Assembly: GCA_963781585.1 (NCBI GenBank)
Contig: CAWAGQ010000010.1
Span: 128,001 to 192,000 of the forward strand
Source of the DNA: an uncultured Gemmatimonadaceae bacterium
Lineage (GTDB): Bacteria; Gemmatimonadota; Gemmatimonadetes; Gemmatimonadales; Gemmatimonadaceae
DNA: 64,000 nucleotides
Direction of reading: 5' to 3'
A program made the translations under genes and the position numbers. Shown here in pieces: positions 20,168-31,035 of this stretch (position 1 is the first letter of the stretch; each line of letters opens with the position of its first letter). The notes below the pieces were generated by a model. It saw only the letters and a list, made by a program, of their open reading frames with translations, searched no databases and was not told the DNA's origin.

Positions 20168-20923
20168 ATGGCGAACGTCCCCATGAAGGAAGTGCGCGCG
20201 ACCTACTGGCATGTGAGTCGGGCGCCGCGGTACAGCCTTTCCCTCGCGCTCCCGCTTCTCGCGCTCTACGAGTTGATGGCGGCGCTGGTGAATCGCGGCG
20301 AGAGCGGGGTCCGCAACGGGGCGGACGTGCTGCTCAAGAGCCTGTTCATCCGGGTGGCCGGACCACGAGGTCCGGTACTGTTCGCGATATTGCTGACCGG
20401 GACGATGGTGGCGCTCATCGTGCGGGATCTGCGCCGCAACCCGGGACGATTGCGGGCCACCATCTTCGCGCGGATGCTGCTCGAATCTGCGGCGCTGGCC
20501 GTGGTGTTCGGTGTGGTGGTGGGCCTGATCACCACCCAACTGATCGGTGCCATGCACCGATTGGCGATCGGGCCGCTCGATTCCATGGGCTGGCCCACGG
20601 CGCTGATGGTCTCGTTAGGTGCCGGCCTCTACGAGGAACTGCTGTTCCGCGTGGTTCTCGTCTCGCTCCTTCTGCTCGCCGCCCGACACGTCTTCGGCCT
20701 CGGGCCAGCCGGTGCCGGTACCTTTGCCGTGCTCGGCGGCGCGATCACGTTTTCGGCGTTCCACTACGTGGGTCCGTACGCCGACCAATTGACCGTCGGC
20801 TCCTTCGTCTTTCGCGCGGTGGCCGGCCTTGCCTTCAGCGGGCTGTACGTCACGCGCGGATTCGGAATCACGGCCTGGACGCACGCGCTGTACGACATAT
20901 TTCTCCTGATTGCGCGAGGATGA
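20168..20923 (+). CDS. CPBP (Abi/CAAX) intramembrane protease
   Basis: AGLYEELLFR, FSAFHY, AWTHALYD. Confidence 0.85.
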   Translation: MANVPMKEVRATYWHVSRAPRYSLSLALPLLALYELMAALVNRGESGVRNGADVLLKSLFIRVAGPRGPVLFAILLTGTMVALIVRDLRRNPGRLRATIFARMLLESAALAVVFGVVVGLITTQLIGAMHRLAIGPLDSMGWPTALMVSLGAGLYEELLFRVVLVSLLLLAARHVFGLGPAGAGTFAVLGGAITFSAFHYVGPYADQLTVGSFVFRAVAGLAFSGLYVTRGFGITAWTHALYDIFLLIARG

Positions 20924-21113
20924 TCGCCCTGCGTTTGATGCCGACGCGACCGATCCTCGATCAACGCCGGCCTGATCGTGCACGGAATCGGCCCGGATGC
21001 CGGACGTCGCCCCGGAACCGGGCGATGCCTCCGGTCGATGGCCGGACGGCACGTCCCGCGCCGGCGAGGGAGCAGGCGGCATGAAGCATTCCAGCCCTGA
21101 GGACGGTACTCGC

Positions 21114-22214
21114 ATGACTTGCACGCAGACCTTGCGCGGGTGGGCGAAGGCGGCGCCTCCGGCGCCGAGGGCGAACCCGGCGCGGTGGGCGACCCTGGCG
21201 CTGGTGCTGACCACCGGCATCGCGGCCGCGTGCGCGCATCCGCGCACGGCGCCGGTCGCTCCGGCTGCGGCGACCGCGTCGCGGACGCGGGCGCTTCTGT
21301 CGGCGCTCGCCGACGATTCCATGGAAGGGCGCGGGACCGGCACGCCCGGCTCGATGCGCGCCGCACGCTTCATCGCGGCGACGATGCGGCAGGCGGGACT
21401 CGAGCCGGCAGGCGACAGTGGCTACTTCCAGCGCGTTCCCATGGCCCTGGTGACCAACGCGAGGACCGGCCGAACCCGGCCGATCATGTTTCCTTCGTTC
21501 GACGCGCTCGATACCGTTCCCGCCAGCCGGCGTCTGACGGGAGGCAACGTGGTTGGGGTCCTCCGGGGCAGCGATCCGACGCTGTCAGGTGAGGTGATCC
21601 TCGTCGATGCACACTACGATCATCTCGGTATCGGACAGCCGGTGAACGGCGATTCGATCTACAACGGCGCCGACGACGATGCCTCCGGGACGGTGACCGT
21701 GCTGGAAGTCGCGCGGCTCATGGCAGGGGGCCCACGGCCGAGGCGCACGATCGTCTTTCTGACCACGACCGGCGAAGAGGTCGGTCTGCTCGGCACCAAC
21801 TGGTTCGCCTCACATCCCGTCGGGTCCCTCGATCAGTACGTGGCCAACCTCGAGATCGAGATGATCGGACGCCCGGATTCCCTGGCTGGCGGCCCCGGCC
21901 GCGGCTGGCTGACGGGCTACGAGCGATCCACCATGGGCGACGAATTCGCGGCGGCGGGCCTTCCCATCGAGCCGGACAAGCGACCGAATGAACGCTTCTT
22001 CTCGCGCAGCGACAACATCGGCTTCGCGCGACGGGGGATCGTCGCGCAAACGCTCTCATCATTCAACCTGCACCGCGAATATCACACCCCAGCAGACGAA
22101 GTCGGATTGGTGGATTTCGATCACGTGGCGGCGCTGATCAACGTCGCGGCGCGTGCGGTGCGCATTCTGGCCGACGGCCCGCGGGTGGAGTGGAAGGAGG
22201 GGGGAAAGCCGTAG
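21114..22214 (+). CDS. M28 family peptidase (lipoprotein)
   Basis: AHYDHLG, NGADDDASG, GEEVGLLG, RSDN, YHTPAD; start approximate. Confidence 0.9.
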   Translation: MTCTQTLRGWAKAAPPAPRANPARWATLALVLTTGIAAACAHPRTAPVAPAAATASRTRALLSALADDSMEGRGTGTPGSMRAARFIAATMRQAGLEPAGDSGYFQRVPMALVTNARTGRTRPIMFPSFDALDTVPASRRLTGGNVVGVLRGSDPTLSGEVILVDAHYDHLGIGQPVNGDSIYNGADDDASGTVTVLEVARLMAGGPRPRRTIVFLTTTGEEVGLLGTNWFASHPVGSLDQYVANLEIEMIGRPDSLAGGPGRGWLTGYERSTMGDEFAAAGLPIEPDKRPNERFFSRSDNIGFARRGIVAQTLSSFNLHREYHTPADEVGLVDFDHVAALINVAARAVRILADGPRVEWKEGGKP

Positions 22215-22266
22215 GCGCCCGATAGCGGGCCGCCGATCGCCCACAACTGACAACCGTCCCACACCC

Positions 22267-23388
22267 ATGCATCTCGAGACCCTCGCCGTTCACGCCGGAC
22301 AGGCGCCCGATGCGGTCACCGGCGCCATCGCGCCATCGATTCAGCTCTCGACGACGTTCGAGCGCGATCCGGATGGCGAGTTCCGTCGCGGCTTCACCTA
22401 CACGCGTGACGCCAACCCGACTCGGCTCGCGCTCGAGCACGCGCTGGCAGCGATCGAAGGCGGCGCCGCGGCGCTCGCATTCTCGTCCGGACAGGCCGCG
22501 ACCCACGCGATCTTCCATTCGCTGAAGCCCGGCGACCACGTCGTGCTGCCGGACTTCGTATACCACGGTACGCCGAAGATGGTGCGTGAGATCTTCGTGC
22601 CGTGGGGCCTCAGGCTCACGCAGGTGGACATGGGTGATCTGGAGGCTGTTGAACGAGCCCTCGCCCAGCCGACCGCCGTGGTCTGGGTGGAGACGCCGTC
22701 GAATCCTCTGCTCACCATCACCGATATCTCGGCGGTGTGCGAGCGCGCGCACGCCGCTGGGGCGCGGGTGGTGGTCGACAGCACGTGGGCGACACCGGTC
22801 TCCCAGCGACCCCTTGAGTTGGGCGCGGACATCGTGATGCACGCCACCACCAAGTACCTCGGTGGTCATTCCGACGTGCTGGGTGGTGCGCTGATCGCGC
22901 GGCAGGCGGACGATTCGTTGTTCGAGCGCGCGAGGATTATACAGCGCACGGGTGGAGCGGTGTCGTCACCGTTCGACGCCTGGCTCATTCTGCGCGGGCT
23001 CAAGACGCTGGCCTGGCGCGTGCGCGCACACACCCAGAACGCGGAAGCCGTCACGAGATATCTGGCTGCGCATCCAAGGGTGGAGGCGGTGCACTATCCC
23101 GGCCTGGCAACGCACCCGGGGCGTGATGTCGCCGCACGGCAGATGCGGCTGGCCGGAGGGATGGCATCGTTCCAGGTGCGTGGAGCGCGCGCCGAGGCCA
23201 TGGTGGTGGCGGCAAAGGTCAGGGTGTTCGCCCGTGCCACCAGTCTTGGAGGCCCGGAGAGCCTGATCGAGCACCGGGCGTCGATCGAAGGGCCAGCGAC
23301 ACGGTCTCCGGAGAACCTGCTGCGCATCTCCGTTGGTCTCGAGCATCCCGACGACCTGATCGAGGACCTGGAACAGGCCATCGGCTGA
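22267..23388 (+). CDS. cystathionine gamma-synthase/lyase family PLP enzyme
   Basis: YTRDANPTR, ETPSNP, HATTKYLGGHSD, SLGGPESL, LRISVGLE. Confidence 0.92.
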   Translation: MHLETLAVHAGQAPDAVTGAIAPSIQLSTTFERDPDGEFRRGFTYTRDANPTRLALEHALAAIEGGAAALAFSSGQAATHAIFHSLKPGDHVVLPDFVYHGTPKMVREIFVPWGLRLTQVDMGDLEAVERALAQPTAVVWVETPSNPLLTITDISAVCERAHAAGARVVVDSTWATPVSQRPLELGADIVMHATTKYLGGHSDVLGGALIARQADDSLFERARIIQRTGGAVSSPFDAWLILRGLKTLAWRVRAHTQNAEAVTRYLAAHPRVEAVHYPGLATHPGRDVAARQMRLAGGMASFQVRGARAEAMVVAAKVRVFARATSLGGPESLIEHRASIEGPATRSPENLLRISVGLEHPDDLIEDLEQAIG

Positions 23389-23575
23389 GGCGCATCGGAC
23401 GGGCTCCGCCGCGGCGTCGAGCGCGCCAGGCGTTTGCGCCGGAGCGTCGCATCGTCACACCGTGCGCGCGGGAACAGGCGCGATCAAGCGCGGGGTGCCA
23501 TCTCCGTAGCACTGCGGACTGGTTGCGCGACCATGCCGGCGCCTAACTTGTGCCGTCTTCAGACCGGCGGAGCGC

Positions 23576-24415
23576 ATGAAGCACACGTTGTCGAGTGTGG
23601 GGGCATTGATGGTGCTTGCCGCAGCGTCGCAGGCGCAGTGCAGGGTGGGGAAGGAAACGAATGAGGCGAAGCTGCTCGCCTACTATGCGGTACCCCTCGC
23701 ATTCTCGCCGGCGGGGCGCCTCGAGCGAATGCGGCCCGGGAGTGTGCGAGCGGCGTTCGAGCTCACGTACATCCCGAAACCCGCCGACGAACTCCGCCAC
23801 ACGAGCATCTGCTTCAAGCCCAAGCGGGAGAATTCGCAGCTCTCCCCAGTGGTGCCGCGCCCGCGGCTCGCGGTCGGACTGCCTGGCGGGTTCTTCGTGG
23901 AGGGCACGTACCTGCCGCCGATCACGGTCGCCGATGCCACGCCCAACATGGCGAGCCTCGCGGTGGGCGTCGTTAGGCGTCTGGGGAGCGCGATCGGGCT
24001 GGCACTGCGCGCGCACACCACCGTTGGCAACGTGAAGGGACCGATCACCTGCCCGAAGCACGCGCTGCAGCTGTCCGATCCCGACGGAGCCTGCTACGGC
24101 ACCGCACACTCCCGCGACACCTATCGACCCAACATCCTGGGGGTAGAGGCGGCCCTGACCTGGATCACGGAAGGGCGCTTCGCGGGCTACGCCGGGGCCG
24201 GATACGCGCGCCTGCAGCCGCGTTTCCAGGTCGGCTTCCAGCCGTCCAACGCGCCGTTCGACTCGACCCGGGTGATCGTCAATCTCACCCGGGTATCAGC
24301 CATGCTCGGCGGGCGCCTCAGTCTTTCGCGTGCGTTGGATATCACGGGGGAGGTCTACTCCGTGCCCAAGGATCTGACCACCGTCCGGCTGGGCGCCGCG
24401 CTGCGAATTCGGTGA
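23576..24415 (+). CDS. hypothetical secreted/outer-membrane beta-barrel protein
   Basis: Signal peptide, alternating beta strands, host-like codon use. Confidence 0.6.
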   Translation: MKHTLSSVGALMVLAAASQAQCRVGKETNEAKLLAYYAVPLAFSPAGRLERMRPGSVRAAFELTYIPKPADELRHTSICFKPKRENSQLSPVVPRPRLAVGLPGGFFVEGTYLPPITVADATPNMASLAVGVVRRLGSAIGLALRAHTTVGNVKGPITCPKHALQLSDPDGACYGTAHSRDTYRPNILGVEAALTWITEGRFAGYAGAGYARLQPRFQVGFQPSNAPFDSTRVIVNLTRVSAMLGGRLSLSRALDITGEVYSVPKDLTTVRLGAALRIR

Positions 24416-24464
24416 ACCGCCAGGGGCGTTGAGGCCCGGGCTGCCGCCGGCCCCCGCACGGCCT

Positions 24465-24504
24465 CGGAGCTGGACGTCGCGCGCGGTCTCCTCGTCCAGC
24501 TCCG
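24465..24504. terminator. intergenic stem-loop
   Basis: CGGAGCTGGACG-N16-CGTCCAGCTCCG perfect 12-bp inverted repeat; no U-tract. Confidence 0.4.
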
Positions 24505-24657
24505 GAACGCACCCGGACCGGTCGCGCCGACGTCGTTGGCCGGAGGAACGTCGGGTAGGAGTTGGTGTCGGGTGTCGGTGATTCGGTGTGGCGCGACTAG
24601 ATTCTACCTGCGCGCGTCCCTCGCTCGATTCACCCGTTCACAGCAGGATTCCGCCGC

Positions 24658-26631
24658 GTGAAGAAGTCCCTCCTCCTCGCCACGCTGGTCGTGGTCGCGT
24701 GCGACCGGACGCCGACCGGAACCGCGCCGCCGGAAGCCAAGAGCCTGATCGTGATCACACCGCAGTCGGTGCTGGTCGTGAACGGGTCAGTGCAGCTCGC
24801 CGCTCGGGTCTTCGATCAGGACGCGAAGGCGATTCCGGGTGTGGCGGTCACCTGGGAGAGCCTGCAGCCGTCGGTGGCTACCGTCACCACATCCGGTCTG
24901 GCGACCGGTGTGTCGGTCGGGATGGTGACGGTCCGGGCGACAACGGCAGGGGGCATTTCCGGACAGGCAACCCTGACCGTGGATCCGGATCCCTGTACTA
25001 CGCCGCTCGACCTCCAGGTGGGGGAGGTACGGCAACTCAGCGGTCCGGCAGCTGTCGCGTGCATCACCCTGGCCCCCACCACTGCCTCGACCGACTTCCT
25101 GTTCGTGACGGCCAACGCGGATCAGGGGATGGATCAACTGGCATTCTACTCGGTGAATCTGGCACAGCAGGCCGGGGCCGTCGCGTCAGCGGGATCGGCA
25201 TCACTGGATGCATCCGATCCCCAGGCGATTCTCCAGTCACCGGGCTCGGACTACCCACGCATCATGGACGGACGCATCCGTGCGCAGGAGCGCGCGGCCT
25301 TTCCACGTCTGCGCGGGATCCGCACCGAGGTCGCGCCTTCCTATGGCGCGAACGCGGACCTGCTCGTTGCGCCGCCGTCGGCAGGCGACACGCTCATGTA
25401 CCGCGTCCCCGACATCCACGCTGCCGATCTCTGCGCCACCTACACGACCGTTCGCGGCGTCGTGAAGTACGTGAGCCAGCACGGGGTCTTCGTGCAGGAC
25501 GCAAACGCGCCCACTGGCGGCTTTGCCGCCCAGGACTACACGGACATCGCGACGGAATGGGAGAGCCTCATCTTCCCGACTGACACGATGTACTTCGGTG
25601 CTCCCACCGACCGGAATCAGGACGGGCACATCACGATTCTCTATACGCCGGTGGTGAACAAGGCCACACCGCAGGGAAAGCCAGGCGGCTACATCGCCGG
25701 CTTCTTCTGGGGCGGAGACCTGGTAAAGAAGACCGAGTATCAGCAGATCAACCAGTCGTGTCCGCAGACGAACGAGCAGGAGATCTTCTACATGCTCGTT
25801 CCTGATCCGAGCGGCACGGTGAACAGCAACGTGTTCACCGTGGAGACCGTGAAGCAGAACACGCGCGGGACGGTGGCGCACGAGTTCCAGCACATGATCA
25901 ACCAGGGGCTCCGTCTGCTCAATCCGGCGGTCGACAGCAGCGAGACGATCTGGCTCAACGAGGGGCTCTCGCACTTCGCCGAGGAAATCGTGGGCCGCGC
26001 CTTCCGCGGGTTCGGTGACTTCCAGAACCTCTCCTTCCATGACGTGAATCCCAACCCGAGTTCGCAGAACGACTACCTGGCCTTCTTCCGCGAGAACCTC
26101 CTCCGGCTCCGTCCCTGGATGGCGCGCCCCGACACCTCATCTCCGATATCGGTCAAAGCGCGCGATCAGCTCGCGCCGCGGGGCGCGGCCTGGATGCTCC
26201 TGCGATACCTCACCGATCACGTCAGCAATGGCAACGCGAAGGCCTTCCTTCGGCACATCGTAGCGGGTCCGGACATCGGAGTGCGGAATCTGGTGCAGTG
26301 GTCGAACGGTGCGCAGTTCGACGACATGCTGCGGGGCTTCCTCGTCAGCATGTACACCGACGAGACGGGCGTGCCCGGTCTGTCGGCGCAGTACGCGGTG
26401 CCCAGCTGGAACATCCGCGACGTCATGCAGTCGGTGAACAGCGGCATTTTCCCGTTGCTGGTGACCTCACTGCCCAGCGCCATCAGCACCCAGTCGCTTT
26501 CAGGGTCCGGGAACTACTTTCGTCTCACGCGGCAGAGCGCGTCGCCCCAGGCGACGTTTCGCATGACCGCCGCTGGCGGCGCGCCCGTGACGTTCGCCGG
26601 AGCGCGGGTGTATGTCGTGCGCCTGAACTGA
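24658..26631 (+). CDS. lipoprotein, Ig-like (Big_2) domain plus gluzincin metalloprotease (M30-like)
   Basis: Lipobox VVAC, VTWESLQPSVATV...G.ATG, HEFQH and WLNEGLSHFAE. Confidence 0.8.
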   Translation: MKKSLLLATLVVVACDRTPTGTAPPEAKSLIVITPQSVLVVNGSVQLAARVFDQDAKAIPGVAVTWESLQPSVATVTTSGLATGVSVGMVTVRATTAGGISGQATLTVDPDPCTTPLDLQVGEVRQLSGPAAVACITLAPTTASTDFLFVTANADQGMDQLAFYSVNLAQQAGAVASAGSASLDASDPQAILQSPGSDYPRIMDGRIRAQERAAFPRLRGIRTEVAPSYGANADLLVAPPSAGDTLMYRVPDIHAADLCATYTTVRGVVKYVSQHGVFVQDANAPTGGFAAQDYTDIATEWESLIFPTDTMYFGAPTDRNQDGHITILYTPVVNKATPQGKPGGYIAGFFWGGDLVKKTEYQQINQSCPQTNEQEIFYMLVPDPSGTVNSNVFTVETVKQNTRGTVAHEFQHMINQGLRLLNPAVDSSETIWLNEGLSHFAEEIVGRAFRGFGDFQNLSFHDVNPNPSSQNDYLAFFRENLLRLRPWMARPDTSSPISVKARDQLAPRGAAWMLLRYLTDHVSNGNAKAFLRHIVAGPDIGVRNLVQWSNGAQFDDMLRGFLVSMYTDETGVPGLSAQYAVPSWNIRDVMQSVNSGIFPLLVTSLPSAISTQSLSGSGNYFRLTRQSASPQATFRMTAAGGAPVTFAGARVYVVRLN

Positions 26632-26653
26632 CGGTGGTTGGTGACCCGGCCGA

Positions 26654-26716
26654 TGGCCTTTGACCTTTGGTCTTTGGGCCCATGCCCTTTGGCGTCTGAC
26701 CCTTGGCCTTTGGCCT
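26654..26716. repeat. degenerate heptamer tandem repeat (TGGCCTT-like)
   Basis: tggcctt tgacctt tggtctt tgggccc ... tgaccct tggcctt between convergent genes. Confidence 0.7.
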
Positions 26717-26723
26717 GACTCTT

Positions 26724-29292
26724 CTAGACCTCCCTCAACGCCGCCATCGGCGTTTCGCGGAACACGTCACGCCCCGCCAGCAGCCCGATCGTGACCGTCA
26801 GCGTCAGGAGGGCCCCGGCGATCACCAGCGCCGGGAGCGTTGCCGGGTGGAACGGGCGCTCGAAGACGTAGCGCATCAGCAGCCACGCGCCGCCAAATGA
26901 CAGCAGCATGCCGGCCAGGCTGCCGAGAATGCCGAGCAGCGCGTACTCACTGAAGAGAATGCGCGAGATCTGCCGCCGCGTCGCGCCAAGCGTCTTGAGC
27001 AGAACTCCCTCGCGGACGCGCTCGCGTCGCGTGGCCGATACGGCGCTGAACAGCACCGGAACCGCCATCGCCAGGCTGAAGATGGCGAGAAAGCGAATGG
27101 CGAGTGTGGCCCGACCGGAGATCTGCGAAATGGTCCGCCGCACGAGCGACAGATCGACGCTCGCCACGTTCGGGTAGCGCCGGACGATATCGCGCTGCAG
27201 CACGCCAACGGTGGTATCGTTCACCGTGCGCACGAGCACCGCGAACATCTTGGGCGCCTGCTCCAGCGCGGCCGGCTCGAATACCGCGAAGAAGTTGGGC
27301 TCGAAGCGCTGCCAGTTCACCTCGCGCAGACTGGTCACGACGGTGGGCACCATCACGCCCTGCACGTTCCAGGTGACGGTGTCCCCGGGGGCCACGTGGA
27401 GTGAAGTCGCGACGTCGCGATCGAGGGAAACCTCGTACGGCGGCTGCCGCCTGCCCGCCGCAGGGGCCGGGAACCACCTCCCCGCGACCAGAGTCTCGGT
27501 TGACGTGAGGTTGTCGCGATAGGTCGAGCGGTACTCGCGGCGATACGCCCACGAGTCGCGCCGACGCCCCGAGTCGCCGATGATATCGGCGGTCATGCGT
27601 CCGTTGATCGACGCGATGCGCATGGTGACGATCGGTACGCGTTCGATTTCATCACTTGCGGTGCCGGCGATGATCGAATCGACCCCCGCTACCTGATCGT
27701 CCTGCACGTCGAAGAAGACCAGATTGCCACGCGCCTCGAACTCCAGCTGCCGGAACTGCGACAGCAGATTTCCCTGGACGAGGAACAGCGTGGTGACGAG
27801 AAAGGCGCCGAACCCCAGCGAGAGCACGACGCTCCGGGTCTGGTTCCCGGGCCGATAGAGATTGGCGACGCCCTGCCGGACTACATAGGGCCAGCCGCCG
27901 CGCAGCGCCCTCCGGGCCACGAGGGCAAGCACATAGGCGCTCACCGCCAACAGCATCAGGGCGCCGGCAATAGCCGCGCTGAAGCCGAGGGTCTCCAGCG
28001 CCGAACGTGATCGGGTGGCGGCAAGCCCGAATACCGACGCGGCGATGATGAGATTCACCGCCAGCCGGGGTGAATCGCGCCAGGCCTGACGAAACGGGGC
28101 CGGATCCTCGTTGCGCCGCAGCGCCTGCAGCGGCGAAACGCGTCGCAGTGCAATCAGCGGGCGCAGCGCGAACGCGAGCGCGATCCAGACACCCAACAGC
28201 ACACCCATCCCGATGGCCCGGGGTTCCGGCCGCACCACCACGTCGACCGGGAGCAGACCGCGGACCAGCCCGGGTAGCAGAAACTGCACCCCCACTCCCA
28301 GGGCCGCGCCCATCGCCGCGCCGAAGAGGCCCATCACGGCGGCCTGCGAGATGTAGATGATCATGCACCTGGCGGGTGGTCGCGCCCAGGCAGCGGAATA
28401 CCGCCACCGTGTCGATCTTGCGCATGACCCAGGCGTGCACGCCGCTCGCCACGCCCACCCCGCCGAGCAGGAGCGCCACGATGCCCACCAGCCCGAGGAA
28501 ATTTGACAGCAGCTCGATCCCGGACGTCAGGTTCGATTCCATCCGCGACAGCGTACTCGCCCGGATGCGCTCGCGTTCGAGCATTGGCCGCAGCGATTGC
28601 ACGAGTTTCGTCGGGTCGCCGGACGACACACGGGCGTACATCTCGAAGTCGGCGCGGCTTCCCGTGACCAGGAGGCGGGTGTCCGCGAGATAGCGCTCGG
28701 GGATATAGATGGTGGGGCCGAGCACGGTGGTAAATCCCTGGCGCACGGGCGCATTCTCCACGGCGGCAAGGAGCTCGAACTTCACGTAGCCGATGGCGAC
28801 CGAGTCGCCCGGCACGGCATCGAGGGCGGTGAACAATGCCGGTTCGGCGATGGCATGGCGCCCCTGCTGGAGCTGGGCCCAGCGTCCGGGCGGCGCGGTG
28901 GTGATGTCGCCGTAGAGCGGATACCCCTCGCCGACGGCGCGGACCTGCGCCAGACGGGTGCGGCCCGTGCGCGACGCGAGGGCCATCGACACGAATGTCG
29001 TGGCGCGGGTGACGGTCACGCCCTGCGCCGTGAGCGTCCGGCGCAGGGTGTCGGTGACCGGGCTCCAGCCCTGCCGGGCATCGAAGACGATGTCGCCGCC
29101 GAACAGCGAGCGCGACTGCTCGCGGACCGAGCGGATGATGTTGGCGGCGAACGAGTCGATCGCGACCAGCGCCGCGACGCCTAACGAGATCGACGACATG
29201 TACAGCAGCAGCCGGCGCCGCGCGGTGCGCGATTCGCGCCAGGCCAGCGACAGCAGCGGCGGACGCCGCCCGGATTGTGCGGGCGCGGTCAC
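26724..29292 (-). pseudogene. ybbP: YbbP-like ABC permease, frameshifted near 28365
   Basis: N-half LAWRESR...LGATTRQV continues in another frame as MIIYISQ...; removing base 28365 restores one ORF. Confidence 0.8.
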
Positions 29293-30029
29293 CGACCGCG
29301 ATCCCCACCGGACGTCGCGGTGAGGGTCTCGTCCGCCGGCGAGCCGGCCGCCAGCGCACCGTTCGCCCGGTCCTCCACCACCGCGCCATCGGCCAGCCGC
29401 AGCAGGCGCGTCGCCCGCTCGGCCAGCATCAGATCATGGGTCACCAGCACCACCGTGGATCCCGACTCGCGATTCAGATCGACGAGCAGTGCGACGATGC
29501 GGGCGCCGGTCGCCCCATCGAGGTTGCCGGTCGGCTCGTCGGCGAACAGGATCTTCGGCCGGTTGGCGAACGCGCGGGCGATCGCCACCCGCTGCTGCTC
29601 CCCGCCGGACAACTGGGCCGGGAAGTGATGGAGGCGGTCCTGCAATCCCACCCGTTCGAGTACCTCGCGGGCACGGGCCGGCGCGCCCGCCTCTCCGCGC
29701 AGCTCCAGGGGCACCTGCACATTCTCCAGGCCCGTGAGCGTTGGGATAAGTTGAAAGGTCTGAAAGACAAACCCGACCTTCTCCCCGCGCAGGCGGGCAC
29801 GGTCGTCCTCGCTCAGGACCGTGAGGTCGGCACCGTCGAGCATCACGCGGCCGCGCGTGGGAGAATCGAGTCCTGCCAGGAGCCCGAGAAGTGTGGTCTT
29901 GCCGCTGCCAGACGGTCCGACGATCGCCACGAATTCCCCCTGCGGAACTGCGAAGCTCACGCTGCGTACGACGGTCAGGCGGTTCGATCCGCTGTCGAAT
30001 TCCTTGGTCAGATTCTCTGCAACCAACAT
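29289..30029 (-). CDS. ybbA: YbbA-like ABC ATP-binding protein
   Basis: GPSGSGKTT, LSGGEQQRVAIARA, FADEPTGNLD, VTHD. Confidence 0.92.
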   Translation of the reverse strand: MLVAENLTKEFDSGSNRLTVVRSVSFAVPQGEFVAIVGPSGSGKTTLLGLLAGLDSPTRGRVMLDGADLTVLSEDDRARLRGEKVGFVFQTFQLIPTLTGLENVQVPLELRGEAGAPARAREVLERVGLQDRLHHFPAQLSGGEQQRVAIARAFANRPKILFADEPTGNLDGATGARIVALLVDLNRESGSTVVLVTHDLMLAERATRLLRLADGAVVEDRANGALAAGSPADETLTATSGGDRGR

Positions 30030-30867
30030 GAGTCGTCGCGTAGCCGTGGCTGTGGCCGTGGTGGTCGTCCCGCTCCTTGTCGCTTGTGCCGGACGTGGGT
30101 CCAACAAAGATACCTCGAAGAGCGGGTCAGAGGCCGGAGGCCAGAGTCCGGAAGGCCAGGGAGCAGGAGGCCAAACGCCGCAGGGGCAGTCCTCCGCAGT
30201 GGGAGATTCGGCACGCGTGGCGCGCCTCACGCCGCATCCGACGCCCGTCCCCCGCATGCCCGACTCGCTCGACGCGGCCGTCGGTGCCGCCGCCGATACG
30301 TCGCGACCCGTCGCGCTCATCGTCGGTACCTCGCTCACCGCGGGGCTGGGGCTCGATCCCGATCAGGCCTATCCGGAAATGCTGCAACGCAAGGCGGATT
30401 CGTCAGGTTTCAACGTGCGTATCGTGAACGCCGGATTGAGCGGAGAGACGTCGGCGGGCGCCCTGCGCCGCATCGACTGGTTGCTTCAGCAGCGCGCCGA
30501 CCTCGTGATGATCGAGACCGGAGCCAACGACGGTCTGCGAGGCGTCAACGTCGATTCGAGCCGCGCGAACCTGCTCGCGATCGTGCGCAAGGTGCACGCG
30601 GCGAAGCCGTCGGCACTCGTCTTCGTGGCGCAGATGGAGGCGCCACCGAACCTCGGTGCGGACTACACGTCGCGGTTCCATGAGACGTTTCCGACCGTGG
30701 CGCGCGAGGGTGGGGCCGCACTGGTGCCGTTCCTGCTCGACGGCGTAGCCGGCGTGCCGAGCCTCAACCAGGGTGACGGCATTCACCCGAATCTCGAGGG
30801 CGAACGCATCGTGGCAGACAACGTCTGGCGGGCCCTCGCCCCGGCGCTCGCCCGCCTGGGTCGGTAG
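30028..30867 (+). CDS. tesA: arylesterase/TesA-like SGNH hydrolase lipoprotein
   Basis: GTSLTAG, NAGLSGETS, GANDG, DGIHPN; lipobox LVAC. Confidence 0.88.
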   Translation: MSRRVAVAVAVVVVPLLVACAGRGSNKDTSKSGSEAGGQSPEGQGAGGQTPQGQSSAVGDSARVARLTPHPTPVPRMPDSLDAAVGAAADTSRPVALIVGTSLTAGLGLDPDQAYPEMLQRKADSSGFNVRIVNAGLSGETSAGALRRIDWLLQQRADLVMIETGANDGLRGVNVDSSRANLLAIVRKVHAAKPSALVFVAQMEAPPNLGADYTSRFHETFPTVAREGGAALVPFLLDGVAGVPSLNQGDGIHPNLEGERIVADNVWRALAPALARLGR

Positions 30868-31035
30868 CGCGGGCTGCTGGCCACCGATGCCTGGTGCGCC
30901 GTGACGACTCGTCGCGTGCGTTGGGTTCTGAGAGTCTTGGCCAGCCGGAGGACTTGAATTCGAATTGCAAAGCACGTAAGCTTAACGGCTGTTTCGACTT
31001 AGGCCGCTTTTCAACCACAATCAGGATTTTGCAGG

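Noticed and set aside
24468..24480. 13-bp match (AGCTGGACGTCGC) to the att core as a secondary att site
   Set aside because: Short GC-rich match expected by chance; excludes the anticodon-loop region
28355..28375. Programmed frameshift in ybbP
   Set aside because: No slippery heptamer or homopolymer; I know of no recoding in this family
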